NCBI GenBank assembly: GCA_963728205.1
Contig: CAVSIV010000006.1
Location: forward strand, 800,001-864,000
Reading direction: 5' to 3'
DNA: 64,000 nucleotides
Source of the DNA: an uncultured Chloroflexia bacterium
GTDB taxonomy: Bacteria; Chloroflexota; Dehalococcoidia; UBA2979
Under the pieces are notes generated by a model. It was not told where the DNA came from and searched no databases. It was given only the letters and a program-made list of their open reading frames with translations. Positions 33,572-43,166 of the stretch are shown in pieces. The translations under genes were made by a program, and so were the position numbers. The first letter of the stretch is position 1. The number at the start of each line of letters is the position of its first letter.

Positions 33572-34127
33572 GCCAAAGCGGCGTCAGACATGACGCCGAC
33601 GGACCCGGCGGCGCGAGCCGCCTGGCGGGCCGCGATGACGCCGAGCGTCGCCTTCGGGGGAGGCGCGGGATGGTCCCCGCACCCGGGTTGGCGGCGGCCG
33701 AAGCGCCGCCGACCTGTCGGCGTCATGTCTGACGCCGCTTTGGTCGCGGGGGTATCGCCCTACTTCACGAGCACGACGACGATGTCGCCGTGGTTCGGCT
33801 CCCGCAGGCTCGAGGGGAGGCGCGGGATGGTCCCCGCACCCGGGTTGGCGGCGGCCGAAGCGCCGCCGACCTGTCGGCGTCATGTCTGACGCCGCTTTGG
33901 TCGCGGGGGTATCGCCCTACTTCGCGAGCACGACGACGATGTCGCCGTGGTTCAGCTCCCGCAGGCTCGAGGGGAGGCGCGGGATGGTCCCCGCACCCGG
34001 GTTGGCGGCGGCCGAAGCGCCGCCGACCTGTCGGCGTCATGTCTGACGCCGCTTTGGGCGCGGGGTATCGCCCTACTTCACGAGCACGACGACGATGTCG
34101 CCGTGGTTCAGCTCCCGCAGGCTCGAG
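33572..34127. repeat. REP-1 variant followed by three 157-bp tandem units, each with one REP and the 3' end of the 34073-34777 gene
   Basis: REP starts at 33714, 33871, 34028; gene-tail copies at ~33760-33813 and ~33917-33970. Confidence 0.9.
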
Positions 34128-34777
34128 ACGAAGTCCGGCGCCCCGGCGACGTACTGCCGCACCATCCCGCCCGAGACCCGGAACACGAGCTGCACCTGCC
34201 GCGGGATCGTCGCGACCGCATCCGCGATCGGCGTCGCGTCCGCGCCGTCCCACGTGAGGAGGCCGTAGCCGGACCCCGGCGGGAGCGCGCCGGTGAAGCC
34301 GCCGACCGCCACGACGTCGGTCGCCGCGGTGAGGTTCACCTGCTGCGGGGTCGTGCTCCACGTCGCGACCTGCGTCGCGGCGAGCCCCGGGTCCACCGCG
34401 CCGTACATCAGCAGGAAGCGCACGTCGTCGCCCGGCGCCGGGCAGCCGGCGTGGGTCTCCGACGACGCCACCGAGAGCATGTAGAACCCGCTGCCGGCGC
34501 CGGTCTTCGTGACGTCCGCGGTGCCGCAGACGGCGGGCTCATGCCCCGGCGCGGCCGGACCCAGCGCGCGCACCTTCGACGGCAGCGCGCCCGACTGATC
34601 CGCGTAGACGAAACCGAAGATCGTCGACGCGCCCCCATCGGCCCGCGCGCGTCCCGCCGTCGCCGGCAGGAGCGCGCCGGCGACGAGCACCGCGGTCATG
34701 ATTACCAGGATCGCCAGCGCGCGCGGACTGCGCGCAGCGCTACCGAGCCGACCGGTCCCGGCTCTCGAATCCATCAC
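34073..34777 (-). CDS. secreted protein with a divergent version of the shared C-terminal domain
   Basis: signal peptide ending ARA; Cys-containing beta domain similar to 34978-35490; ends YVAGAPDFVSSL...GDIVVVLVK. Confidence 0.78.
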   Translation of the reverse strand: MMDSRAGTGRLGSAARSPRALAILVIMTAVLVAGALLPATAGRARADGGASTIFGFVYADQSGALPSKVRALGPAAPGHEPAVCGTADVTKTGAGSGFYMLSVASSETHAGCPAPGDDVRFLLMYGAVDPGLAATQVATWSTTPQQVNLTAATDVVAVGGFTGALPPGSGYGLLTWDGADATPIADAVATIPRQVQLVFRVSGGMVRQYVAGAPDFVSSLRELNHGDIVVVLVK

Positions 34778-34892
34778 ACCCGACCCCCGTCCGCCCCGGC
34801 GCAGTCGCGCGCGGAACGAGAAGATTGCGGAACCGGCCCCGCCGGCTCCCTTCCGCGTTCGACCCGTGGTCGTGTCGAGCGGGGAAGGGAGT

Positions 34893-34921
34893 CCCCGTCC
34901 CCTCCGAGGAGAGGACGGGGG
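34893..34921 (-). terminator. hairpin downstream of the putative sortase substrate
   Basis: CCCCGTCC...GGACGGGG stem. Confidence 0.5.
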
Positions 34922-34977
34922 TCCCGTTCACGAACGTGCGCCGCTCGCGAGGAGCGGCGCGCGCTCGAGCTGCGTGC

Positions 34978-35490
34978 CTAGCGGCGGCGCGTGGCGGCGC
35001 GAGCGCCACCGACCGCGATCACCGCGAAGGCGGCCAGCGCCAGCATCGAGGCGAGCCCCGTGCTGTGGCCGACCAGGAAGCCCGCGTTGCCGGTGCCGGC
35101 CGGGGCCGGAGCCGTGCTCGTGGCCGTCGGGGTCGCCGTGGCCGAGGCCGTCAGCGTGACACCGTTGGCAACGTTCGCCGGCGCGCCGCCGGCCTTGTAG
35201 GTCTCCTTGGCCGTGGTCGGGGCGCCGTTCAGCGTGAAGGTGAGCGTGTCACCGTCCGCCGGGCTGCAGGTCGCGTTGGACGCGATCTGGAGCTGCCACT
35301 GGCCGCTGGCGTCGGCCGTAGCCGTGCCGCAGGACTTGGCGCCGTCGAAGACCTCGACCTTGTCGCCGGCCTTGAGGCCGACGCCGTAGACCGTCATCGG
35401 GGGCACCTGCGCCGAGGCGATCGTCGCGAACATCATGAGCGCGACGGCCGCGACGCCGAACGGCACCGCCATTTTCCGGAGAAGACTCAT
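34978..35490 (-). CDS. putative sortase substrate
   Basis: signal peptide ending ASA; Thr/Pro linker; PAPAGTGNAG, TM helix and basic tail TRRR; AAGGAG RBS. Confidence 0.75.
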   Translation of the reverse strand: MSLLRKMAVPFGVAAVALMMFATIASAQVPPMTVYGVGLKAGDKVEVFDGAKSCGTATADASGQWQLQIASNATCSPADGDTLTFTLNGAPTTAKETYKAGGAPANVANGVTLTASATATPTATSTAPAPAGTGNAGFLVGHSTGLASMLALAAFAVIAVGGARAATRRR

Positions 35491-35627
35491 CTGCAAGAAC
35501 TCCTTTGAGTTCTGACCCGCCCCTGGGTGGTTAGCCATCCGTCCCCCTCACGCTCGTGAGCGTCCGGCGGAGCTGGGTGGGTACGCGTGCCTCCCTCATC
35601 GCGAGATGGCCGGGAGGCGGAGACAAG

Positions 35628-35663
35628 GTTCACCCCCCGCCCCGAGAGGACGGGGGGTGAACC
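35628..35663 (-). terminator. strong hairpin after the large surface protein
   Basis: GGTTCACCCCCCG...CGGGGGGTGAACC. Confidence 0.65.
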
Positions 35664-35672
35664 GCTAGTCGC

Positions 35673-37490
35673 TTACTTGACGACGAGGACGATCGTGCCC
35701 GCCGGGACCTCGTTCGGGAAGGCGGCGTTGAACGCCGCGTTCACGAACGCCGGGGCGCCCGGGATGAGCACAACGGCCTGGCCGTTGACGAAGACCGTCA
35801 CCGAGATGCCGCCCGCCGCGGAGACCGCGGACGAGAGCTGGGCAACCGTGCCGCCGTTCCAGACCGCGGTGTTGACACCGACGTTCGGGATTGCGCGGTC
35901 AAAGGTGCCCGCGCCGGTCGTGCCGGTCGGGGTCGCCGTCGGCGTGGCCGCCGGGGCACCGACAGTGGCAACCGTCGAGTCAACGACGGAACCGGATGCG
36001 CTCGGGCACGTCGGGGCCGCAGAGGAACCGGTCTGAGCGGCGACCAAGACACTGCCCGAGGTACCGGTCAGTGCAGCCGTCGTGTTCGCCGTCCCGCTCG
36101 ACGTGGTGCCGCACGCGACCGAAACAACACCCTGGGTCGAGGGGATGTTAAAGGTCACGACGGTGCCGTTTGCGGCCATGTTGCCAGAGGCATCCACAAC
36201 CGTCGCCGTCACCTTGTTGGCCGTCACTGCAGCAGTAACAGTTGCCGGCTTGCCAGCCGCCGTCACCGTCGCCGTCGCGGCCGGAACCGACGACGTCGTG
36301 ATGTCAGTCGCGGTGATCGTCGCCGTGCCAAGCTGGGTGGCGGATGCGCAGTACGTGACGTACGCGTAGCCCGGCGTCCCGCTCAGCGAGGCCGTTGTCG
36401 CCGTGACCGCCTTGGCCGTAGTCGAGGTGGCCGGGGTTGCCAGACAAGCCGCGCTGGCGCCGCTCGCCAGGAAGCCCTTGTCCACCGAAACCTGCAGGAG
36501 CTGACCGTTGACGCCAGCACCCGTCGCGTCAGTGACGCGGAAAAGCACGTTCGTACCCGTGGTCGGCGACGTGTAGGACGCCGACGAGCTGCTGGCCGCA
36601 ACGTTCGCGTCAGTGACCTTCACCGTCGTGAGGGTCGTCGGCGTCGTGCCGGTCGCAGCCTGCAGCGTCAGCGTCGTCGTGTCGACAGCGCTGAGCGACG
36701 GAACGGAGGCAACGATGGTGTCGCTACCCGACGTCCCATTGCCCTTGTATGCGACCGACGCACAGCCGGTCGTCGCGTCCGTGAAGGAGCTCGCCGAGTT
36801 GGTGCCGGTCGCAACGAAGAGACCCAGGCTGCCAGTGAAGTTCACCTGCGTGGGAGCAGTGGGAACGGGCGAGACACAAGCCTTGATGGTCGACGCCTGC
36901 GCGCCGCTCGCAGCGATCGTTGCCGGGGTCGCGATGACTGAAACGGCGTTTGAGGTCGAAACAGTCAGCGCACCCGCAACCGGCGTACCGAAGGTACCAG
37001 CCGCACCGCCGCCGAGTGCGGACGTGATATTGCCAGTGGCAGCAGTGGTGCTAATGGGCCGCACCTGAATGCCGGAGATGGTGACCGTGTCACCAGCGAC
37101 ATTCGCGGTAGTGGCCGTGCCGGTGGTAATCGTGGCGGCCGCAACCGTAGCCGTTCCAGCGACGCCCGCGACTGTGCCGGTCGTGGTAACCGTCACGGTA
37201 GCCGCTGTATTGAACTCCCAGTCCGCGCTCGGCCGGGAAAGCACGATCGAGTCGCCAATCGCGATATCTCCGGTCGCACCGGTCGTGAACTTAGCGTCCG
37301 GCAGAGTCGTCCAGGCACCAGTCCCAGTCGTCGCGTTCGTTGCCAGCGAGATGGTGGCGCTGGCGGAGCTTGTCGTCGTCGCCGCCGCACTCGCCGTCCG
37401 CGCCGTTCCCGAAACGAGCAGCGCTACAGCGAGCACCAACGACGCGGCAACAGCAGAGCCGTACCACGCGTACTTCTTGAAAAGACTCAA
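35673..37490 (-). CDS. large Thr/Ala-rich secreted protein (S-layer-like candidate) with the shared C-terminal domain
   Basis: GGAGG RBS and TTG start, signal peptide ending ASA, beta-rich Ig-like repeats, C-terminal GTFDR...PGAPAFVNAAF...GTIVLVVK. Confidence 0.78.
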   Translation of the reverse strand: MSLFKKYAWYGSAVAASLVLAVALLVSGTARTASAAATTTSSASATISLATNATTGTGAWTTLPDAKFTTGATGDIAIGDSIVLSRPSADWEFNTAATVTVTTTGTVAGVAGTATVAAATITTGTATTANVAGDTVTISGIQVRPISTTAATGNITSALGGGAAGTFGTPVAGALTVSTSNAVSVIATPATIAASGAQASTIKACVSPVPTAPTQVNFTGSLGLFVATGTNSASSFTDATTGCASVAYKGNGTSGSDTIVASVPSLSAVDTTTLTLQAATGTTPTTLTTVKVTDANVAASSSSASYTSPTTGTNVLFRVTDATGAGVNGQLLQVSVDKGFLASGASAACLATPATSTTAKAVTATTASLSGTPGYAYVTYCASATQLGTATITATDITTSSVPAATATVTAAGKPATVTAAVTANKVTATVVDASGNMAANGTVVTFNIPSTQGVVSVACGTTSSGTANTTAALTGTSGSVLVAAQTGSSAAPTCPSASGSVVDSTVATVGAPAATPTATPTGTTGAGTFDRAIPNVGVNTAVWNGGTVAQLSSAVSAAGGISVTVFVNGQAVVLIPGAPAFVNAAFNAAFPNEVPAGTIVLVVK

Positions 37491-37972
37491 AGCAGTTGTC
37501 CTCCAATTGAGAACGTTGTCACTCGATAACACGCACTTCGATTCTCTGCGATGCCTCCTCTCGCCGCGTCCGGCTCCTCCGTGAGGGGGAGCGCCCCGTT
37601 CCTGGCAGAACGGCGGCCGGCGAGCCTTCTTTCCAAGCGGTGCTGATACCGCCGCTCGAGCAAAACGCCACCAGCGCCGCTCGAAATCACGCTCGCTGCG
37701 AACCTTCGAAATCCGCGACGGGCGGCGTGGTCCAAGACACACACCTCACGCCACGAGACTTAGAACGCCCCCGGGCAAGACTGAGTTAACAGCGGGGGTG
37801 GGCCTGATACGCAGTAAAGAGGTAACCGGGCAAGACGAGTGGCGCGACCTGACGAACGCCCGCAGGTCGATCCCCTATCGGGAGCGCGCTAGCCGGTGAC
37901 CGCGCGATCGGCGACGATCGTCCAAGCATTGATCTCAGCACGACGCCGGCGCACCTGAAGGAAGCGGCTGCC

Positions 37973-38578
37973 ATGACGAACTCAAACCACCGACGCGCCG
38001 AGTCAGACGCGACCGCCGCGTTCGGCGGCAACGGTCAGCCGGACGGACCGCGTCGCTGGTTTCGTGGACCATGGGGCGTGGTCGCGGCCGGTGGACTGAT
38101 TACGGCAGTGCTTGCCGCCACGCTCGTGATCCTGCTTCCGCGGGGCGATCACTCCCGCGAACCCGCGAAGACGACCACCCCAGTCGCGCATGTCGTTACC
38201 GGTGGCATTGGGGACCCACTTCGCGTCGGATCGCTCGCCCTGAGGGTGATCGAAGTCAACGCGGCCTTCGATGGTAGCCACTATGCACCCGCGAACACCG
38301 CTACCTCCGCCGTCCATATCGCAGTGACTAACGCAGGAGATACCGGCAATCCCATTCAGCTGGCGACAAAGGACTTTCGCCTGATCGACGAAGATGCAGG
38401 CGGCCATGGAACCGTGGGTTGCGCGCAATGTCCCGCGGTGATCGGCAACGTCAATCAGCTCGTTCCTAACGGCGGGATCGACGGGTGGTTGTACTTCGCG
38501 TTGCCCGCGGGAACGACAGCCAGCCAACTCGTCTACACCGGAGCTACCGGGATCACGGCCACGATCACGCTCCGCTAG
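37973..38578 (+). CDS. membrane-anchored DUF4352-like Ig-fold protein
   Basis: single TM, GIGDPLRVGSL.L.V, V.N.G, DFRLID, GWLYF.LP. Confidence 0.6.
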   Translation: MTNSNHRRAESDATAAFGGNGQPDGPRRWFRGPWGVVAAGGLITAVLAATLVILLPRGDHSREPAKTTTPVAHVVTGGIGDPLRVGSLALRVIEVNAAFDGSHYAPANTATSAVHIAVTNAGDTGNPIQLATKDFRLIDEDAGGHGTVGCAQCPAVIGNVNQLVPNGGIDGWLYFALPAGTTASQLVYTGATGITATITLR

Positions 38579-38589
38579 GCGAAGCGAAC

Positions 38590-39708
38590 CTACGGGGCCA
38601 CGGCGTCGGGCGGGACAGTACCAACCGCCCGCGTCGCCGAGGGCACCACCGTCGCGGGCGCCGTCGAACTCGATGCCGCGGTTCCTCTCCCGTTCGGGGT
38701 CCCCGACGGACTCGCCGCTGGGGTGAGAGCATCGGTTGTGGCCGGTATGGCGGTCCCCGTCGCCTGTACCGTCGCCGTCACCGTGCTTGTCGGCGTTTCG
38801 GTGGTGTCGGCCGTCGGCGTCTCCGTCGCAGTTACCTCGGACGTCGGCGTCGCCGTCTCCGTCGCCTCGGGCGTCGCCGTCGCCGTCTCCGTCGCCACAG
38901 GCGTCCCGGCGTCCCCGTGCGACTCGAGGTAGCGCGCCGCGGTCACGACGCCCTGGTCGGCCGTCACCTGCGCGGCGCTCAGCGCACCCTCGGCGCCCGC
39001 CTCGGGCTTCGCCGTCTGCAGCACCTGCCGGCTCTGGTTCGCGGCGCGCGCGTACTGCGCGACGGTGCCGGGGTCGACGCGCTCGGGCTGCGCGGCGATC
39101 TGCTGCTGCACCGAGGCGTTGTCCTCGGTCACGCGGCGGAGGAGGTCGGTCTGCACGGGCACGCCGCGCTGCGTGTTGCTCGCGATCTCGGCGAGCGTGG
39201 TCTGCAGCCGTGCGAGCTGCGCGTCGAGCGAGCGCGGGGTCTGGTTCTCGACGGTCGGGCCGGTCGCCAGCTGCGGCGTGCCGGAAAGGCCGCCGCCGGC
39301 GAAGGCGGTGAAGGTGATCGCCGCGGCGGCGGCCGCGGCGGCCATCGGCGCGAACACCGAGACGACGCGGGTGCGCAGGCGGCGCCGGCGCTCGGCCGCG
39401 AGCGACACGGGCGCGCGCTCCATGCGGTGCAGGATCGCGGCGCGCGAGCGGGCGCGGTAGGAGTCGAAGGCGGGGCCATCGGTGGCGTCGGCGAAGAGGT
39501 GCTGGAGGACGGCGGCGGTCTGGACGAGGCCGGCGAGCGCGGGGTCTTCGCGCGGATCGACGTCGGGCTCGCGACCGGACGCGAGCTCCTCGAGCGCCTC
39601 GTCCAGGCGCTGGGCCTCGGCCAGGTCGGCGGCGTCCCCGGTGAAGAGGGGGTCCCCCCGCCGGGTATCCCCGGCGTCGAAGGAGTGCAGCGGCTGGTCT
39701 GCCGACAT
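38590..39708 (-). CDS. putative anti-sigma factor / membrane protein with Thr-Pro-rich tail
   Basis: downstream of the ECF sigma; cytoplasmic N-terminus, TM, helical domain, TPT repeats. Confidence 0.6.
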   Translation of the reverse strand: MSADQPLHSFDAGDTRRGDPLFTGDAADLAEAQRLDEALEELASGREPDVDPREDPALAGLVQTAAVLQHLFADATDGPAFDSYRARSRAAILHRMERAPVSLAAERRRRLRTRVVSVFAPMAAAAAAAAITFTAFAGGGLSGTPQLATGPTVENQTPRSLDAQLARLQTTLAEIASNTQRGVPVQTDLLRRVTEDNASVQQQIAAQPERVDPGTVAQYARAANQSRQVLQTAKPEAGAEGALSAAQVTADQGVVTAARYLESHGDAGTPVATETATATPEATETATPTSEVTATETPTADTTETPTSTVTATVQATGTAIPATTDALTPAASPSGTPNGRGTAASSSTAPATVVPSATRAVGTVPPDAVAP

Positions 39709-39945
39709 CTCCGACCCGTTCCGGGCCGCCCACGCGTGGGGCGGCCACACTGTGCCGGTGAGTCGCCGGGCGGCTTGCGCCGGCCGCGCGCCATCGGGGC
39801 TGGCGGAGCATCGTCGGTGGCGCCGTGCCGTGGGTTCGCCCTGCGGCGACTGGCCCCCGCCAGGCTCGGCGGTCCGCGATGATCCTCTCGTGGTCTGCGC
39901 GACCGGCGGGCGTTAGGCCCGGGGGTCGCCTGCTGGTGGCGTCAG

Positions 39946-40160
39946 CAGCGGGCGGTACGCCCGCTGTGCGCCTGTGTGCGGCGGGCCGTGGCCCGCTGTG
40001 CGCCTGGCAGCGGGCGGGACGCCCGCTGTGCGCCTGTGTGCGGCGGGCCGTGGCCCGCTGTGCGCCTGGCAGCGGGCGGGACGCCCGCTGTGCGCCTGGG
40101 CAGCGGGCCTACCGCCCGCTGTGCGCCTGGCAGCGGGCGATACGCCCGCTGTGCGCCTGG
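39946..40160. repeat. seven ~30-bp tandem hairpin units GCGGGC-N4/5-GCCCGCTGTGCGCCTG
   Basis: invariant stems with variable loops. Confidence 0.85.
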
Positions 40161-40186
40161 GTCGCGGACGGACGTCCGCGGCGTTC

Positions 40187-40903
40187 CTACTGGTCCGCGC
40201 TCCGCACCCAACTGGGCTCGGGGCGCGTGTCGCGGAGGATCTGCTTCAGGCGCTGCACGCCCTTGTGCTGCAGCACCTTGACGTTGCCCTGCTGCTTCCC
40301 GAGCGCCTCGGCCGTTTCCGCGACGGAGAGGCCGGCGCCGAATCGCAGGCGAATCACGTCGCGCTGCGCTTCGGGGAGCAGTTCGACCGCGTCAAAGACC
40401 TCCTCGATCGTCAACTGCGTCTCGGCGAGGTCCTGCGGGCCGCGGCGCTCGTCCGCGATCCAGTCCGGGACCTCGGCGCCCGGGTCGTCCTTCACCACGC
40501 GGCGATGGACGGTGGCCCGGCGGTGGAACGAGACGACGTGGTTGTGAGCGATGCGGAACAGCCAGGCCGCGAAGGGGCTGCGCTCCCCCGCGCCGATGTC
40601 CCGCCACTCGAACCCGTCGACCGCCCCCAGGACCTTGAGGAAGATCTCTTCCGCGAGGTCCTCCGCGTCCGTCTCGTTGCCGACGCGCGCCAGGCAGTAG
40701 CGATACAGCCTGGTGACGTACGCGTCGTACAGGAGGCCTACCGCCTCCAGGTCTCCGTGAGCGGCACGCTGCACGTACTCGCGCTCGACGGCGACGGACA
40801 GCTGGTTCGGATTCGACGGCGCTGGTCTCGCGGGATCCCCCGTTCGTCGCGGGGAGTCGGCAGCGGGATCGGCGCCCTCGGCGTGTGGCGAGATGTCTGC
40901 CAC
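40187..40903 (-). CDS. ECF sigma-70 factor
   Basis: GDLEA...LY, DAEDLAEEIF, AWLFRIAHN, LPEAQRDVIRLRF..GLSVAETA..LGK..GNVKVLQHKG; start uncertain. Confidence 0.88.
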   Translation of the reverse strand: MADISPHAEGADPAADSPRRTGDPARPAPSNPNQLSVAVEREYVQRAAHGDLEAVGLLYDAYVTRLYRYCLARVGNETDAEDLAEEIFLKVLGAVDGFEWRDIGAGERSPFAAWLFRIAHNHVVSFHRRATVHRRVVKDDPGAEVPDWIADERRGPQDLAETQLTIEEVFDAVELLPEAQRDVIRLRFGAGLSVAETAEALGKQQGNVKVLQHKGVQRLKQILRDTRPEPSWVRSADQ

Positions 40904-41200
40904 CGGGCTTCCCTTCGCGCCGGCCCCCGCTGCGACCGGCCCCGGTGGGCCGTCCAGTGCATCGGGATCGCGGGACGGGCTCCCCGCACCGGCATGACCG
41001 GGGAGGTGCGCGTCCGCACGAGTATAGGTGGCCTGCGCCAAGGGGAGAGGTGTGTCGGACATCTCCCACCGCACTATCAACAACGGTACGGACCGTGACC
41101 GGGTTAACGGGGGGCGCAGGCGCGGGGGCCGCATGAGGTGTAACGAAGGCGGAGGGGGATTCGTTCCGGGGCGGTTTGCATGGCGCGCGGTCACGCGCCT

Positions 41201-41812
41201 TTACCAGCTCGCTGGCTTCGAGAAGGTCCCCGTGGCGTCCGTGAGTGTGGTCGGGAACTGACTTGCGGAGAGGACCCCCGCGCGAATCGGTTTGTAGAAG
41301 GTCGAGACGTTCCGCAGATCGTACGCCTGCTTCTTGTGGGGGTTCAGCAGTCCCACCGGCAGCCGCAGGTCATTCATCACGAGCTCAATCGGCGTCTTGA
41401 GGTCGGAGTCGTTGGAGATGACGACCGCCTGTTCGAACCCTCCACGATGCGCATCGTGGAGCGGGTGGCTGGCCAGATTCACGTCGGAGCCCTTCTCCTC
41501 GGTGTCATGGACCCACACGTATCCGCCTCCGTTCACGAGGGGGCGGGACTTCTGCTTTGCGAGGAAGCGCCCGAGGTAGACCGTGACGCACGGAATGTCG
41601 CAAGGGCCCGCAGGTCGATCTGTTGTCGCTGGGCCGCCTGCGGGTCCGACGGGCGGCTGGTCACGGGTGCTGTGAAGTAGCGGATGCGCTGAACTTGATG
41701 GCCGGGGAAGCAGGTGCCGGCACAGCGTCTCGATGTCGATCCACTTGTACACGGTGCCCTTCAGGGCGCCGTAGTACAGGTTGAAACCGTCCACGTACAC
41801 ATTCGTGCGCAT
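41201..41812 (-). pseudogene. NYN (LabA/DUF88, PIN-like) domain protein with two compensating frameshifts
   Basis: VYVDGFNLYY, EEKGSDVNLA, VISNDSDL; the expected middle segment (HQVQRIRYFTA...QRQQI.LRAL) is in another frame. Confidence 0.75.
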
Positions 41813-41817
41813 AGGCA

Positions 41818-41866
41818 GAGACCCCCGTCACCGGGGGTCTCGCGCCCAGCGGCCGAGGCCACTGGG
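41818..41866 (-). promoter_or_regulatory. double-hairpin leader immediately 5' of the NYN gene
   Basis: GAGACCCCCG-TCAC-CGGGGGTCTC and CCCAGCGGCC-GA-GGCCACTGGG. Confidence 0.55.
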
Positions 41867-42170
41867 GGGATATCGGGATCGATCCTGACCCGCCCCGGTC
41901 AACATGTCACGCGAGAACGGCCAACAACTACCCGCAAATGTGGTGGCCGGGTCCGCCCGCAGCGAAAGCTACCAGCGTTCCTCGCGCGACCGGCACGACA
42001 CCTGCGGATTTGCAGGGGCGTGCCCGCAATCCAGACGGTGCTAGGAAGGGGCCGGCGAGCGAGGATCGCATGCGAACCGCCGTCGGGCCGACCGGCGGCG
42101 CGCAGAGCCAACGGGCGGCCACGGGAGTGTGCGTGTTACGATGTATTGCGCTGCAATAAGCGAGGCCGCG

Positions 42171-42593
42171 ATGCCCCAATCGACCATGAGCCTCCGTCTC
42201 GACGACGAGCTGCGCACCCGCCTCGCCGATGCCGCCACGCAGGCGGGGACGACCGTCACGGCGCTGGTCGACCGCTTCGTGCGCGAGGGCCTCGCCCTGG
42301 ACGGCCACCCCGGCATCACGTTCAAGCCCGGGCCGTCCGGGCGGCGCGCGGCGCTCGCCGGCGGGCCCGACGTCTGGGAGGTGGTAGCCGCGCTGCGCGA
42401 CGTCGCGGGGACCGGGTCGCAGCGGGTCGCCGCGCTGGCGGCGCAGTTCGGCATCCACGAGCGCCAGGTCGTCGCGGCGCTCGACTACGCAGCCGCGCAC
42501 CGCGACGAAGTGGAGGCACGGGTCCGCGCGAACGACCGTGCGCTCGAGGAGGCGGAGCGCGTGGCCCTCGAACGGGGGCGCCTGCTCGCGTGA
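42171..42593 (+). CDS. RHH plus DUF433-like antitoxin
   Basis: SLRLDDEL, HPGITFKPGPSGRRAALAGGPDVWEVV, AALDYAAAHRDEV. Confidence 0.8.
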   Translation: MPQSTMSLRLDDELRTRLADAATQAGTTVTALVDRFVREGLALDGHPGITFKPGPSGRRAALAGGPDVWEVVAALRDVAGTGSQRVAALAAQFGIHERQVVAALDYAAAHRDEVEARVRANDRALEEAERVALERGRLLA

Positions 42594-42922
42594 AGTTCCT
42601 CGTCGACGGGATGCTCCCGCCGGCGGTCGCGGACCTCCTGAACGCCTCCGGGCACGACGCGGTCACCCCGGCCGACCTGGGCGCCCACAGCCTTCCCGAC
42701 GACGTGCTGGTCCGGCTGGCGACGGCGGAGGCGCGCGTGATCGTCACCGAGAACGCAAGCGACTTCGCCCGCGTCGCGACGTGCCCGGTGCTGTTCGTCC
42801 GCAAGTCATGGTGGCCGACGGGCGCGCTCGCGGAGGGGCTGGCGCGCTCGCTCGACCGATGGGCGACGGCGCATCCCGACCCCGGGCCGTGGCCGCACTG
42901 GCTCGAGTCGACGGAGCGCTGA
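42590..42922 (+). CDS. DUF5615 PIN-like toxin
   Basis: KFLVDGMLP..VA..L...GHDAV, D..L..A....RVIVTEN.SDF; GTGA overlap. Confidence 0.8.
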   Translation: MKFLVDGMLPPAVADLLNASGHDAVTPADLGAHSLPDDVLVRLATAEARVIVTENASDFARVATCPVLFVRKSWWPTGALAEGLARSLDRWATAHPDPGPWPHWLESTER

Positions 42923-42949
42923 CCGATCGCCCGGGGAAGGTGGGCGGCG

Positions 42950-43040
42950 GCGTGGTCACGGGGCGGCGTGGTCGCCAGGGTCGTGGGGTCACGGGGTCGT
43001 GGCGTCACGGGGGTCACGGGGTCGTGGGGTCACGGGGTCG
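42950..43040. repeat. short G-rich tandem repeats (GTCACGGGGTCGTGGG-like)
   Basis: about 5 degenerate 16-17-bp units between two TA pairs. Confidence 0.6.
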
Positions 43041-43166
43041 CGCGTTGATCCTCAGCCCGCTCACGCGGCGGCCGTTCGCCGTGGCGTAACTCGAGTCGGT
43101 CCGCGGCCACGCGCCTGAATGGTAGAATCGCCATACGCGATGGTAGACGCGGACCCGAGGTGCGAC

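Noticed and set aside
33760-34127. Diversity-generating retroelement TR/VR pair
   Set aside because: No reverse transcriptase in the window, only one difference per copy, and the changes are T>C on the coding strand rather than adenine-specific
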